Counted from the stretch's first letter, positions 36,546 to 45,473 are shown. The stretch: 45,473 nucleotides of DNA from Abditibacteriaceae bacterium (GCA_031425655.1 JANPJS010000258.1:1-45473), one strand, 5' to 3'. The notes: generated from the sequence alone by a model not told the origin. Numbers and translations: made by a program.

Positions 36546-38348
36546 ATGATTACCTGCGAACAGTGCCGCGAACGGCTAAACGATCTGTTGGACGAAACTT
36601 CGCTTTCGCCCAGCGATAGCGCGCTGCGTGATTTGCGCTCGCACGTCGCCGGCTGCGCGCCATGCACGCACGATCTCACTCTGCTGCGCGCCGCGCAAAG
36701 CGAACTGCGAGCCATGCCCGAAGTTCCCGCTCCCGCCGCCTTGCGTTCGCGTGTGCTGTCCGCGCTGGAAGCTGAAAAAGCGCCGGCCAAGCGCGGTTTG
36801 GGCGCCGCGTTCGCGGCTTTTTTGCAGCGCCCGACGCGTGTGGCGTGGGCCGGCGGCGCGCTGGCGACGGCGTGTTTCCTGATGATTCTCGCGCAGGCGC
36901 CGGAAATTCAGAATTCAAACACGCAACTTAACGAAACGAAAAGCCGCAGCGCCGAATTTGCGGCCCCGTCACCGGAAAAGCAAGAGCGGCCAGAAGGCGA
37001 AGCGATACGCTCGTCCGCCGGAGCCGCAGCGAAAAAACCGCCCGGCAACAGCGCGCCGGCAGCACCGAAAATCGCAGCGGCGCGGCGCGATAATTCGTCC
37101 GCAGCTCCGATAGCGCCTTCGCCGACGCCGACGCCTTTAAGCGCACCGAAAGACTTGCCGAAGGCCAAATCGGTCACGACGCGGACACACAATAAAGCCG
37201 CAAAAGTCATAGCGAAAAGCGCTGCAAGCACACCGGCGCTAACTCGTCGCGTAGACGATGCAAATAGTCTCGCGCGCGGGCCGCTGATGCCGGAAAACGC
37301 ACCTTCGATTTCCGATTCCGAACCACGCGCCGCCGGCCAACCGAGCAAGCCGGATTTCCAGCCGCGCAATTTACCAAGCTCGCTTGAAGCGCCGAAGCGC
37401 ACCCGTCATGTCGAGGGAATACAGCCCGGCGCTTTGGGAATGCGCGGTGCCAACGGGCCGGAAACAAACGCGCCCGTTTCGCCAAATGTGCCGTCGCCAA
37501 GTCCGCGTGTGCCTTTTAATAATCGCATGGCGAAGATGAATCGCGCCGAAAACGGCGCTTTTGCCGAAAACATCGCGCCGCCTTCAGCCGCCGTTAAAAT
37601 CGCGCCGCAAGACGGCGCGGCGTCAAGTCTTGCTATGCCGCGCGTCAAAAATAGCGGAAATAGTGCGGAATCCTCTGCTACGCTCAGCGCGCCGCTCAGC
37701 GCCAGCGCAGATAATATGCAGGTCGGTGCGGCAGGCGCAGCAGGTGCGGCAGGAGCCACAGCGAGGCCACAGACCAGTCCCAAACCAGCGCCGCACGGTC
37801 TGGCACAACCCAACACTGCTCTCAATAACGACAGCGTTGCATCAACTAATGGAACTGAGTCGGCGAACGCTCGCGGAGGTAGCCAATCCGGCCCGGCCTC
37901 GTCTTATATGATGCGAACGTCGCCCGCCTTGCCCGGTGAAGCCACAGATTCAGGCGGAGGATTCGGCGCACGCGGCGCAAAAGGTGATGCGCCCGCGATG
38001 GCAGCCAAACTTGCGGACGAGCGCAAGGACGACGAAAAGCCGAAGGAACGGCGAGTTTTGCCATTAAACACCGCGCGTGACGTGACTTTTAGTTTTTCGC
38101 CCGCGCGCGATTGGAGTGCGGCACAAGTTCGTCTGGTTTTGCCTTCTTCGATTCGCTTCGCCGACGCGAAAAAAAGCAGTGTTCTCTGGCGTGGCGCGGC
38201 GCGGCGCGGCCAAAACATCAGCGTGACCGCTTCGCTTTTAGCGCGCGAAGTTGGAACATGGCAGATTCGCTTGATCTTAGAACAAAGCGCCGGCGGCACT
38301 GCTTTGCCGGTGCAAACCCAAATCGTAGCTGTTGATGCCGTTCGCTAA
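36546..38348 (+). CDS. Zinc-finger (ZAS) anti-sigma factor with long low-complexity extracytoplasmic region
   Basis: CEQC and HVAGCAPC (HxxxCxxC), one TM (VAWAGGALATACFLMILA), ~370 aa rich in A/P/S, C-terminal beta domain. Confidence 0.85.
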   Translation: MITCEQCRERLNDLLDETSLSPSDSALRDLRSHVAGCAPCTHDLTLLRAAQSELRAMPEVPAPAALRSRVLSALEAEKAPAKRGLGAAFAAFLQRPTRVAWAGGALATACFLMILAQAPEIQNSNTQLNETKSRSAEFAAPSPEKQERPEGEAIRSSAGAAAKKPPGNSAPAAPKIAAARRDNSSAAPIAPSPTPTPLSAPKDLPKAKSVTTRTHNKAAKVIAKSAASTPALTRRVDDANSLARGPLMPENAPSISDSEPRAAGQPSKPDFQPRNLPSSLEAPKRTRHVEGIQPGALGMRGANGPETNAPVSPNVPSPSPRVPFNNRMAKMNRAENGAFAENIAPPSAAVKIAPQDGAASSLAMPRVKNSGNSAESSATLSAPLSASADNMQVGAAGAAGAAGATARPQTSPKPAPHGLAQPNTALNNDSVASTNGTESANARGGSQSGPASSYMMRTSPALPGEATDSGGGFGARGAKGDAPAMAAKLADERKDDEKPKERRVLPLNTARDVTFSFSPARDWSAAQVRLVLPSSIRFADAKKSSVLWRGAARRGQNISVTASLLAREVGTWQIRLILEQSAGGTALPVQTQIVAVDAVR

Positions 38349-38370
38349 ATGCGAACGGCGAGGAGGAAGC

Positions 38371-40743
38371 ATGAAATCCCTATTTTTCGGTCTCGCGGCA
38401 CTGTCGGGCGCCATAACCACGCTCGGAGTTGGTGTTCCCGTCGCGCAGGCGCAAACGGATCGGCCTATTATTTATCCGCCGATGCCGCGTCCGTGGCCGC
38501 GCCCCAATCCGGTGCTTGGTCAGGAATTGCAACTCATGGCCGAATCGGCACGCGTGGACATCACCGGCGCCGTGGCGCGCACGCGCTTGACGCAAACTTT
38601 CGTCAACACCACCAACAATCGCATCGAAGGCACTTACGTTTTCCCGTTGCCTGAAGGCGCGGCGGTGACCGGTTTTGCCATGATGGTCAACGGCAAGCGC
38701 ACCGAAGGTGAAATTCTCGACGGCGACAAGGCGCGCGCGATTTATCAGGGCATCGTCGCCAAAATGCGCGACCCGGCGATTTTTGAATTCATAGATCGCA
38801 ATTTGATTCGCGCGAAAATTTTCCCGATTGAACCGCGCGCCGAGCAGAAAATCGAACTCGAATACTCCGAGTCGCTCAAAGCCGACGCGGGCAGTTTTCG
38901 CTATGTTTTGCCGCTGCGTTTGCCGGTCGGAGGCGCCGCGCAAAGCGCCGACGTGGATATAAAAATCAACTCGCCGCTGGGCATTCGCGCCGTTTATTCG
39001 CCGACGCACAACGTAGACATCAAACGCGACGGCAACACGGCGCGCGTCAGCGGCGAATGGGGCTGGAAATATCCCGAAGTGCAGCCCGCCACGCTGCGCC
39101 GCGACGACGTTCCGACCAAAGACCGCTCCGGCGCCGACCGCGATTTCGTGCTTTATTACACCGCCGCCAATGAGAAAATCGGCGTCAATCTGGTAACGCA
39201 TCAAATCGGCGACGAAGACGGCTTTTTCATGCTGCTGGCGGCACCGGACGCCGCTGTTGCGCCGAAAGAAATCGCCGCCAAAGACGCGATTTTCGTGATG
39301 GACACCAGCGGCTCGATGGACGGCGAGAAAATCGAGCAGGCGCGCCGCGCTCTGTTGACGCTGCTCGGCAGTCTCAACGCTGCCGACCGCTTCAACGTCG
39401 TTACGTTTTCCTCGGACGTGCGCTCGTTCCGCGACGCGCCGGTCAGCGCCTCGAAAGACAACATCGAAGCCGCGCGCGAGTTCGTCAAAGCCATCAAAGC
39501 CGTCGGCGGCACCAACATCAACGACGCTCTGATCGAATCGCTGAAAATGCTCAAAAACGACGGGCGCCCGCAGCAAGTCATCTTTATGACCGACGGACAG
39601 CCGACTGTCGGCGAAACCAGCATCGAACAAATCATCAAAAACGCGCGCAACGCCAACGCCAAAAACGAAGCTATAGACCGCAAAGGCGATCTGGCCGCGC
39701 TCGATACCAGAGCGCGTTTGTTCACTTTCGGCGTCGGTTTTGACGTGAACACGCGTTTGCTCGACACCTTAGCCGAAGACAATCGCGGCGCCAGCGATTA
39801 CGTGCTGCCGCAGGAAGACATCGAGCAAAAAGTCGGCGCTTTGTATGCGCGCATCGCTTATCCGGTGCTGGCCAATCCGCGCCTCGATTGGGGCGGCATG
39901 AAAGTCTTCGATGTTTATCCTAAGCGCCTGCCGGATTTGTTCAAAGGCACGCAAGTCGTGGTTTTCGGACGCTACGAGGGCAAAGCAAAAACCGCGAAAA
40001 TTCAGCTTATCGGCGATAGCATGGGCCGCGAAGAGCGCGTTGCCGGACAAGGCGATTGGGACGCCGCCGACACGCGCAACGATTTATTGCCGCGCTTGTG
40101 GGCCACACGCAAAGTCGGCTATCTCATTGATGACGCGCGCCGCAGCGGGCGCGTCGTGGACGGCGAAGTGCGCGAAGAAATTATCAAGCTCAGCAAGCAA
40201 TACGGCATCGTCACGCCCTTCACGGCGGGCCTGATTACCGAAGACGAGAGTCAGTCGGCACCGCCAAGAACGACGCTTTCCATGGGAATCACGGGGCGCA
40301 CCGGCGCATTCAACGGCCCCGCCGATGCTGCCGGCGGTTTCGGCGGCGCGCGTGGTGCGCGTGGTGAGAGTGGCGCAACCGGAGCGCAAGGAGTCCCTGG
40401 GATGCAAGGCCCGGCGACATTGCCGGCGCTATCAAAGCCGATGTCAACCTCCGGCGCGGGCGCCGTAGCGGCGGCGCAGGAAAACCGCCGTCTCAAAGAT
40501 GACGCCAAAGTGCGCGAAGATGCCAAAGTGCGCTACATCGAAGGCAAAGCCTTCTATCTGCGCGGCGATGTTTGGGTGGACGGCACTTACGACGAAGCCA
40601 AATCGCCCAAACTCGTGACCATTAAATTCGCTTCGCCCGAATATTTCGCGCTGGCGCAGAGTAAAACCGTGGCGAAGTGGTTCAGCGTCGGCGAGCGCGC
40701 AATTGTGGTGCTGCCCGGCAAAACCGTCAAAATTGAGCCGTGA
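38371..40743 (+). CDS. Exported VIT + vWA domain protein
   Basis: Signal peptide; VIT (EGTYVFPLPEGAAV, RDPAI); MIDAS DTSGSM, GGTNI, MTDG; GAGGAGG RBS before ATG 38371. Confidence 0.92.
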   Translation: MKSLFFGLAALSGAITTLGVGVPVAQAQTDRPIIYPPMPRPWPRPNPVLGQELQLMAESARVDITGAVARTRLTQTFVNTTNNRIEGTYVFPLPEGAAVTGFAMMVNGKRTEGEILDGDKARAIYQGIVAKMRDPAIFEFIDRNLIRAKIFPIEPRAEQKIELEYSESLKADAGSFRYVLPLRLPVGGAAQSADVDIKINSPLGIRAVYSPTHNVDIKRDGNTARVSGEWGWKYPEVQPATLRRDDVPTKDRSGADRDFVLYYTAANEKIGVNLVTHQIGDEDGFFMLLAAPDAAVAPKEIAAKDAIFVMDTSGSMDGEKIEQARRALLTLLGSLNAADRFNVVTFSSDVRSFRDAPVSASKDNIEAAREFVKAIKAVGGTNINDALIESLKMLKNDGRPQQVIFMTDGQPTVGETSIEQIIKNARNANAKNEAIDRKGDLAALDTRARLFTFGVGFDVNTRLLDTLAEDNRGASDYVLPQEDIEQKVGALYARIAYPVLANPRLDWGGMKVFDVYPKRLPDLFKGTQVVVFGRYEGKAKTAKIQLIGDSMGREERVAGQGDWDAADTRNDLLPRLWATRKVGYLIDDARRSGRVVDGEVREEIIKLSKQYGIVTPFTAGLITEDESQSAPPRTTLSMGITGRTGAFNGPADAAGGFGGARGARGESGATGAQGVPGMQGPATLPALSKPMSTSGAGAVAAAQENRRLKDDAKVREDAKVRYIEGKAFYLRGDVWVDGTYDEAKSPKLVTIKFASPEYFALAQSKTVAKWFSVGERAIVVLPGKTVKIEP

Positions 40744-40757
40744 GTTCTCTGTTAATG

Positions 40758-40794
40758 CGAAAAAGGGTCAGGCTCCAAGCCTGACCCTTTTTCG
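40758..40794. terminator. Intrinsic terminator
   Basis: cgaaaaagggtcaggct-cca-agcctgacccttttcg-type hairpin with A and T tracts. Confidence 0.85.
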
Positions 40795-40854
40795 TTTGGA
40801 GCTTACTTTGCTCACATCCGTTACAGATTTATGTCAATTCAAGCGCGGATTCTT

Positions 40855-41059
40855 CAGGGCAAACGCATGAGAAAAATCAGGACGAAAGGGAGTGTCATTT
40901 CGAGTGGAGTGAAGCGAGGAACGAGCAAAACGTAGTCGAGAAATCTTAAATTTCGGTGCTACGGCAAGATTCCTCGACTGCGTTAGCTCGTTCCACTCGC
41001 TAACTTCGCTCGGAATGACAACTCTCCTATTCCCACAAAATCCTCATGCGATTGCCCTG
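40855..41059. mobile_element. MITE-like element A (CAGGGCAAWCGCATGAG ends, 10-bp target duplication)
   Basis: Ends cagggcaaacgcatgag / ctcatgcgattgccctg; flanked by gcggattctt; cargo is a tgtcatttcgag...ctcggaatgaca hairpin. Confidence 0.82.
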
Positions 41060-41069
41060 GCGGATTCTT

Positions 41070-41252
41070 CAGGGCAATCGCATGAGAACTGCCCGGCGAA
41101 TAAATTCGCGGCAACAACGCCGCAAAGTCGCCCTGCGGCGACTAAAAACTCAGAAAATAGTCCGCGCAGGCGGACTTTGCCGAGTGGTTGCCGCGAATTT
41201 ATTCGCCGGGCACTCAGGAAAGCCTCCGAAAAATCCTCATGCGATTGCCCTG
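41070..41252. mobile_element. MITE-like element B (same ends, different cargo)
   Basis: Ends cagggcaatcgcatgag / ctcatgcgattgccctg; flanked by gcggattctt; cargo is a cccggcgaataaattcgcggc...gccgcgaatttattcgccggg REP doublet. Confidence 0.82.
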
Positions 41253-41403
41253 GCGGATTCTTCTATGCACCAACGCAGGGAAGCGTCGGCGCATTATACT
41301 CGATAATGATTAGATTACGCTTGCTTGGCAGTTTTCGTGCGGCTCGCAGCGCGCTAAAATAGGGAGTTCTGCGTGCAGAGCGTATTATTTGCAGGAGAGC
41401 ATT

Positions 41404-41835
41404 ATGTTTGTTCATCGTTCGTCGCAGACTCGCAAACGTCGCGGTCAGGCCATCATTGAAATGGCTCTGATTACTACCGCCCTGCTCTTTCTCACTCTGG
41501 GATTGATGCAGTTCGCGTTGCTGGCCAACGCTCGCATCACGCTCACCAATCTGGCCCGTGAAGGCGCTCGCTACGCTGCCATGACTAAAGGCGCCACAGA
41601 CAGGCAAATTGAGGACGCGGTTATTGCAGCAGCGGCCTCAACGCCACTGAGCGACATCACCAGACCCGAAATTTCAGTTACGCCAAGCCCTGCATCGGCG
41701 CGCGTGCCGGATGGTTCGGTTACAGTCACGGTGACTTACGATCTGCGTAAGAAACTCATCCCCGGCGTTGCATTTCTTGGCGGATCGAGATGGGCCAACA
41801 CGATGGCGACCGCCGTCATGGTAATTCAGGGATAG
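41404..41835 (+). CDS. TadE-like pseudopilin
   Basis: RRGQAIIEMAL prepilin motif, hydrophobic helix, LAREGARYAA. Confidence 0.9.
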   Translation: MFVHRSSQTRKRRGQAIIEMALITTALLFLTLGLMQFALLANARITLTNLAREGARYAAMTKGATDRQIEDAVIAAAASTPLSDITRPEISVTPSPASARVPDGSVTVTVTYDLRKKLIPGVAFLGGSRWANTMATAVMVIQG

Positions 41836-41875
41836 TCAAGTTTTTTAACAGCAGCAGTTTGCTCCGAAGAAAATC

Positions 41876-42346
41876 ATGTTTTTTCATCGTTCATCACAGC
41901 ATCGCACTAAGTATCGTGGGCAGGCCATGGTCGAGATGGCACTGGTTGTCACGGTCTTATTGTTCCTCAGCATGGGGTTGATTCAGTTCGCGTTGATAGC
42001 CAACGCGCGCATCACGCTCACCAATTTGGCCCGCGAAGGCGCCCGTTTTGCCGCTGTTCATGCGACCGAAACAGGCTCCGACAATAACGCGGACTCAACC
42101 AAAGGCATTAAAACCTACGTCGTGCGTGTTGCGGATTCGACCTCGTTGAACAGCATTGCCATCGGCGACATCACGATTTCGCCGATGGAAACGTCTCCGA
42201 TGAGTATGAGCAGAAGCAGCGGCAAGCCAATTACGGTAACGGTGAATTACAATATGCGCAACAAATTTATCCTACCGGTTTCGTTTCCCGGTTTGTCTCG
42301 ATTCGGCACTAACACTTCATCCAGTGCCAAAATGATAATTGAGTGA
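41876..42346 (+). CDS. TadE-like pseudopilin
   Basis: RGQAMVEMAL, LAREGARFAA. Confidence 0.9.
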   Translation: MFFHRSSQHRTKYRGQAMVEMALVVTVLLFLSMGLIQFALIANARITLTNLAREGARFAAVHATETGSDNNADSTKGIKTYVVRVADSTSLNSIAIGDITISPMETSPMSMSRSSGKPITVTVNYNMRNKFILPVSFPGLSRFGTNTSSSAKMIIE

Positions 42347-42377
42347 AGGTCGTCAATCCTTCACAGGAGGTCGTTCA

Positions 42378-43832
42378 ATGACACAAAAATTTATTCGTTT
42401 ATCGAATCGTCGCAGCCGGCGGCGCAGCGGGACAATTCTGGTTTACATGGCGCTGGGCTTGTTTTCCTTTATTGGTGCCGCTTCTTTGGCTGTGGACATG
42501 GGCAGCCTGTATTCGCGGCGCGCCAGAGCGCAGCAAGCCGCCGATGCCGCGGCTTTAGCGGGCGCCAACGAATTCGCAAATTTCCGCGCCAATGCCGGCA
42601 ATCCCGCCCCAGCTCGCACCCAAGCGCTTCGCTACGCAGAACTCAACGGATATAAGGACGCAACGGGCGGTGTGACGGTCACCACTATTTACCCGGTTGG
42701 AGGAGATACATCTCGTTTCCAAGCCGATGTTCGGCGCACGGAACCGCTGTTTTTTGCGCGCATTTTCGGCTTGCCGACACGTCCTGTCGGTGCTTCCGCG
42801 ACGGCCTTTTATAATACGACGGCGCCTCTGGACGCGGGCAATGGAGTTTATGGACAAGCCGGTGGGCCAACGACGCTAACCATGTATGGTCCTGACGGAC
42901 GCTATGATTTCGGAGATTATCGCAGCGTGCGCTTTCTCACGAACGGCACGCCGAACCCGGACTACGTTGACCCGACCGTTAACCCTTTCAAGGCCGGTTA
43001 CAACTTCACGGTTAATGTTCCCACGAACTTTACCTCCACAGTCGTGGAAATCTATGATCCCGACTGCCACAACGCCGGTAATTTGCCTTACGTCGCACAA
43101 GACGCGCAAGGCAACAACATTCGCGTGGACGAGTTGCGCAAAGCTTGGAATTCTCAAGATGCCGGGCAAGGCGGGCCGGCGGATGCCGCCGTCACACGCT
43201 ATACCCTTTACTGGGATCCAACAGGCTCCGGAAATCCCTCCGGATTCCAGAAAATTGGCGAGAAGACCTACGGTGATGACGCAACCACGGATTTGAAATG
43301 GGACCCTTCGTTCACCTTCGACCGCACCAGTTATCCGAGCGGGAATTTTGTTCTCAATGCGACCACAATTTCCGGTTCCAGCGAAAATGGCTTCAAGTTG
43401 CGCGCCGGGCCGCCGCGCGCCGCGCCGCCGGCGGGACAGGATAACTTTGATCCCAACAACGGAACTTCCATTACCGCCGATGGCCATGTGCCGATCAACT
43501 TCGCAGGCAACGGAACCGCGCCATTCGTGCTGGGCGAAGTGCCTCAGGGAGTCGCCGGCAAAACCTTGACGATCCGTAAATTCGATACCGATATCGGAAG
43601 CCAAACGGTGAATTACAGTTACGTAGCGCCCGATGGCACAGTAAGTCAGGTATTCCCCGGTGTTCTCTCCGGCAACGGAGCGTTTGCAACCGACACCATT
43701 ACCTTGCCTCTCGATTATCCGGGCGGCGTGTGGCGCGCCGATTACGAAGCCGGAGCCAACGACACATCGGTGTGGGAAATGTCCTACGATGGCGTTCCAG
43801 GAAGGCCGGGCAAAATTAGATTGGTGCGCTGA
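42378..43832 (+). CDS. TadG-like pilus-associated protein
   Basis: RRSG then hydrophobic helix, LAVDMG, AQQAADAAALAGA, PLFFARIFG; large beta-rich C-terminus; AGGAGG RBS. Confidence 0.85.
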   Translation: MTQKFIRLSNRRSRRRSGTILVYMALGLFSFIGAASLAVDMGSLYSRRARAQQAADAAALAGANEFANFRANAGNPAPARTQALRYAELNGYKDATGGVTVTTIYPVGGDTSRFQADVRRTEPLFFARIFGLPTRPVGASATAFYNTTAPLDAGNGVYGQAGGPTTLTMYGPDGRYDFGDYRSVRFLTNGTPNPDYVDPTVNPFKAGYNFTVNVPTNFTSTVVEIYDPDCHNAGNLPYVAQDAQGNNIRVDELRKAWNSQDAGQGGPADAAVTRYTLYWDPTGSGNPSGFQKIGEKTYGDDATTDLKWDPSFTFDRTSYPSGNFVLNATTISGSSENGFKLRAGPPRAAPPAGQDNFDPNNGTSITADGHVPINFAGNGTAPFVLGEVPQGVAGKTLTIRKFDTDIGSQTVNYSYVAPDGTVSQVFPGVLSGNGAFATDTITLPLDYPGGVWRADYEAGANDTSVWEMSYDGVPGRPGKIRLVR

Positions 43833-43862
43833 GTTTTAAGAACGGGCCGCACCACGCTTGTC

Positions 43863-43908
43863 CAAATAAAAGGAGCAGAAGCCGATCGGCTTCTGCTCCT
43901 TTTATTTG
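43863..43908. terminator. Bidirectional intrinsic terminator
   Basis: caaataaaaggagcagaagccgatcggcttctgctccttttatttg perfect palindrome. Confidence 0.85.
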
Positions 43909-43912
43909 TCAT

Positions 43913-44082
43913 TAGACCTCTTGCATAAGTCCGCGCAACCCCCACCCAACCTCCCCCGAAGGGGGAGGAGTTACGCCTCGAAGAGCCGGTTTGGCTTTAC
44001 CGAAGCGAGTTCCCCTCCCTCCGCGGGCGCCCTGTGGGCAGGAGGTTAGGGGAGGGCAATGGCGACTTACGCAAGAGGTCTA
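43913..44082. mobile_element. Composite MITE-like element (TAGACCTCTTGCRTAAGTC ends) with a C-rich/G-rich hairpin cargo
   Basis: tagacctcttgcataagtc / gacttacgcaagaggtcta; inner cccccacccaacctcccc ... ggaggttaggggaggg. Confidence 0.75.
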
Positions 44083-44090
44083 TTCAGCAA

Positions 44091-45386
44091 CTATGCACCA
44101 CGCAAAGCCGAGCGTGCAGCCGCGATTGTCGCCGCAATCTCGTCGGCGCTGTGCGCCAGAGATATGAAAGCCGCCTCAAATTGCGAAGGCGGCAAATACA
44201 CGCCGCGATTCAACATGGCGTGAAAAAAGCGCCCATAAGCCGCCGTGTCGCTGGCTTTGGCCGACGTGAAATCGGTGACCGGCAGCGCCGAGAAAAACAG
44301 CGTCCACATCGAACCAAAACGATGCAGTTGCGCGGGCACTCCGGTTTCATTCAAAACCTCACGCAAACCAGTTTCAAGCTGCGCGCCGAGCGTTTCCAAT
44401 TGGGCATAAGATTCCTCATTTAACGCACGCAAGGCGGCTAATCCGGCACTCATCGCAACGGGATTCCCGCTGAGCGTGCCGGCCTGATAAACCGGCCCGG
44501 ATGGCGCCACGCACTGCATGATTTCGCGCCGGCCCCCGTAAGCGCCGACCGGGAAGCCGCCGCCGATGATTTTCCCCAATGTCGTCATATCCGGCGTGAT
44601 GTCGCAAAGCGTTTGAAAACCCCCACGCGCCACGCGAAAACCGCTCATCACTTCGTCGAAAAGCAAAATCGCGCCCAGTTGCTGCGTTTCCTCGCGCAGC
44701 ATTTCCAAAAAGCCCGCGCGCGGCGGCACCAATCCCATGTTGGCCGCCAACGGTTCAACGATCACGCAAGCCAAATCGCCGCCGATGGCACGCAACGCGG
44801 CGCGCGTGCCGTCAATATCGTTATATTCGGCGACGATGGTGTCGGCGGTTTGCTGCGCGGTCACACCGGCGGAATCGGGCACGCCCAGCGTGACGGCGCC
44901 GGAGCCGGCTTGCACCAATAATCCATCGCTGTGGCCGTGATAACAGCCGGCGAATTTAACGATGCGCCGCCGTCCCGTGAAGCCGCGCGCCGCGCGAATC
45001 GCGCCCATCACGGCTTCGGTGCCGGAATTGACCATGCGCACCATTTCGAGCGACGGCACAGCTTCGCAAAGCTCGCGCGCCATTTCGATTTCCAACGCGG
45101 TCGGCGCGCCGAAAGTGCAGCCGCGCTGCAACTGATCGCGCACCGCATCACTAACGAAACCGGGCGCGTGGCCGTGAATCAGCGGCCCCCACGAGCCGAC
45201 GTAATCGAGCAGACGATTGCCGTCTTCGTCCCACAAATAAGCGCCCTGCCCGCGCGCCATGAAACGCGGCGTGCCGCCCACCGACTTGAAGGCGCGCACC
45301 GGCGAATTGACGCCGCCCGGCATCAAAGTTGAGGCTTCGGCAAAAAGCTGCGCCGAACGCGGCGCATCGTTGATTTTTTCGGTCAT
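44091..45386 (-). CDS. hemL: Glutamate-1-semialdehyde 2,1-aminomutase
   Basis: PGGVNSPVRAF, DYVGSWGP, NSGTEA, YHGH, FDEVMSGFR, LGKIIGGG, YQAGTLSGNP, PSQFE. Confidence 0.97.
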   Translation of the reverse strand: MTEKINDAPRSAQLFAEASTLMPGGVNSPVRAFKSVGGTPRFMARGQGAYLWDEDGNRLLDYVGSWGPLIHGHAPGFVSDAVRDQLQRGCTFGAPTALEIEMARELCEAVPSLEMVRMVNSGTEAVMGAIRAARGFTGRRRIVKFAGCYHGHSDGLLVQAGSGAVTLGVPDSAGVTAQQTADTIVAEYNDIDGTRAALRAIGGDLACVIVEPLAANMGLVPPRAGFLEMLREETQQLGAILLFDEVMSGFRVARGGFQTLCDITPDMTTLGKIIGGGFPVGAYGGRREIMQCVAPSGPVYQAGTLSGNPVAMSAGLAALRALNEESYAQLETLGAQLETGLREVLNETGVPAQLHRFGSMWTLFFSALPVTDFTSAKASDTAAYGRFFHAMLNRGVYLPPSQFEAAFISLAHSADEIAATIAAARSALRGA

Positions 45387-45405
45387 AAAACACGCTGTTG
45401 AGTCC

Positions 45406-45473
45406 AACCCATTAAAATGGGGTGCTAACATTACGAAGTCCGCCTTCGCGGACTCAAAATTTAGTCCGCGAAG
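45406..45473. repeat. REP-like palindrome cluster, cut by the window edge
   Basis: acccattaaaatggggt and aagtccgccttcgcggact, the latter identical to the unit at ~4933. Confidence 0.8.

Noticed and set aside
38380..39630. 416-aa antisense ORF (also 5257-6198, 19769-20548, 22760-23587 and similar)
   Set aside because: Antisense shadows of well-supported GC-rich genes, with no recognisable motifs.
40845..41263. Possible CRISPR array (34-bp direct repeat aaaatcctcatgcgattgccctggcggattcttc)
   Set aside because: Only two full copies, the intervening stretch is ~160 bp and itself palindromic, and there are no cas genes. Better explained as TIR plus target duplication.
41015..41362. ORFs across the tandem elements (also 9461-9703, 7773-8232, 33242-33751)
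   Set aside because: Translations of repeat DNA; no transposase motifs.

Overview
A GC-rich bacterial chromosome segment with an unusually high density of intergenic repeats; taxonomy cannot be fixed from the sequence alone. In order it holds: a Wsp/ACF-type chemosensory operon (cheW-cheW-mcp-cheA-cheB-REC/PP2C, no cheR); a cytochrome P450; a sugar-phosphate isomerase/epimerase; and a ~5.6 kb, visibly more AT-rich block bracketed by a duplicated 3' end of that isomerase gene. Next come rsmB, lepB, a secreted ConA-like protein, tRNA-Ala(TGC), tRNA-Leu(CAA), a PIG-L deacetylase with a NagB-like gene, and a Cache-HAMP adenylate cyclase. The rest is a DUF1549/DUF1553 cytochrome-c protein and DUF1501 split by a PIN toxin-antitoxin pair, DUF2283- and DUF1854-like genes, a DUF4139 gene divergent from an ECF sigma/anti-sigma/VIT-vWA operon, tadE-tadE-tadG-like genes and hemL. 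The best candidate for an undescribed system is the inserted block (10564-15980). It encodes a soluble histidine kinase whose sensor is an apparently degenerate IolE/xylose-isomerase-like TIM barrel plus GAF domains, a stand-alone receiver, and a signal-peptide-less S8 protease with an unknown helical N-terminus. It also encodes a 79-aa free-standing paralogue of that protease's own propeptide. A second theme is modular nested miniature elements: the same terminal inverted repeats, with target duplications, wrap different palindromic repeat cargos. All family assignments come from recognising motifs by eye, not from database searches.
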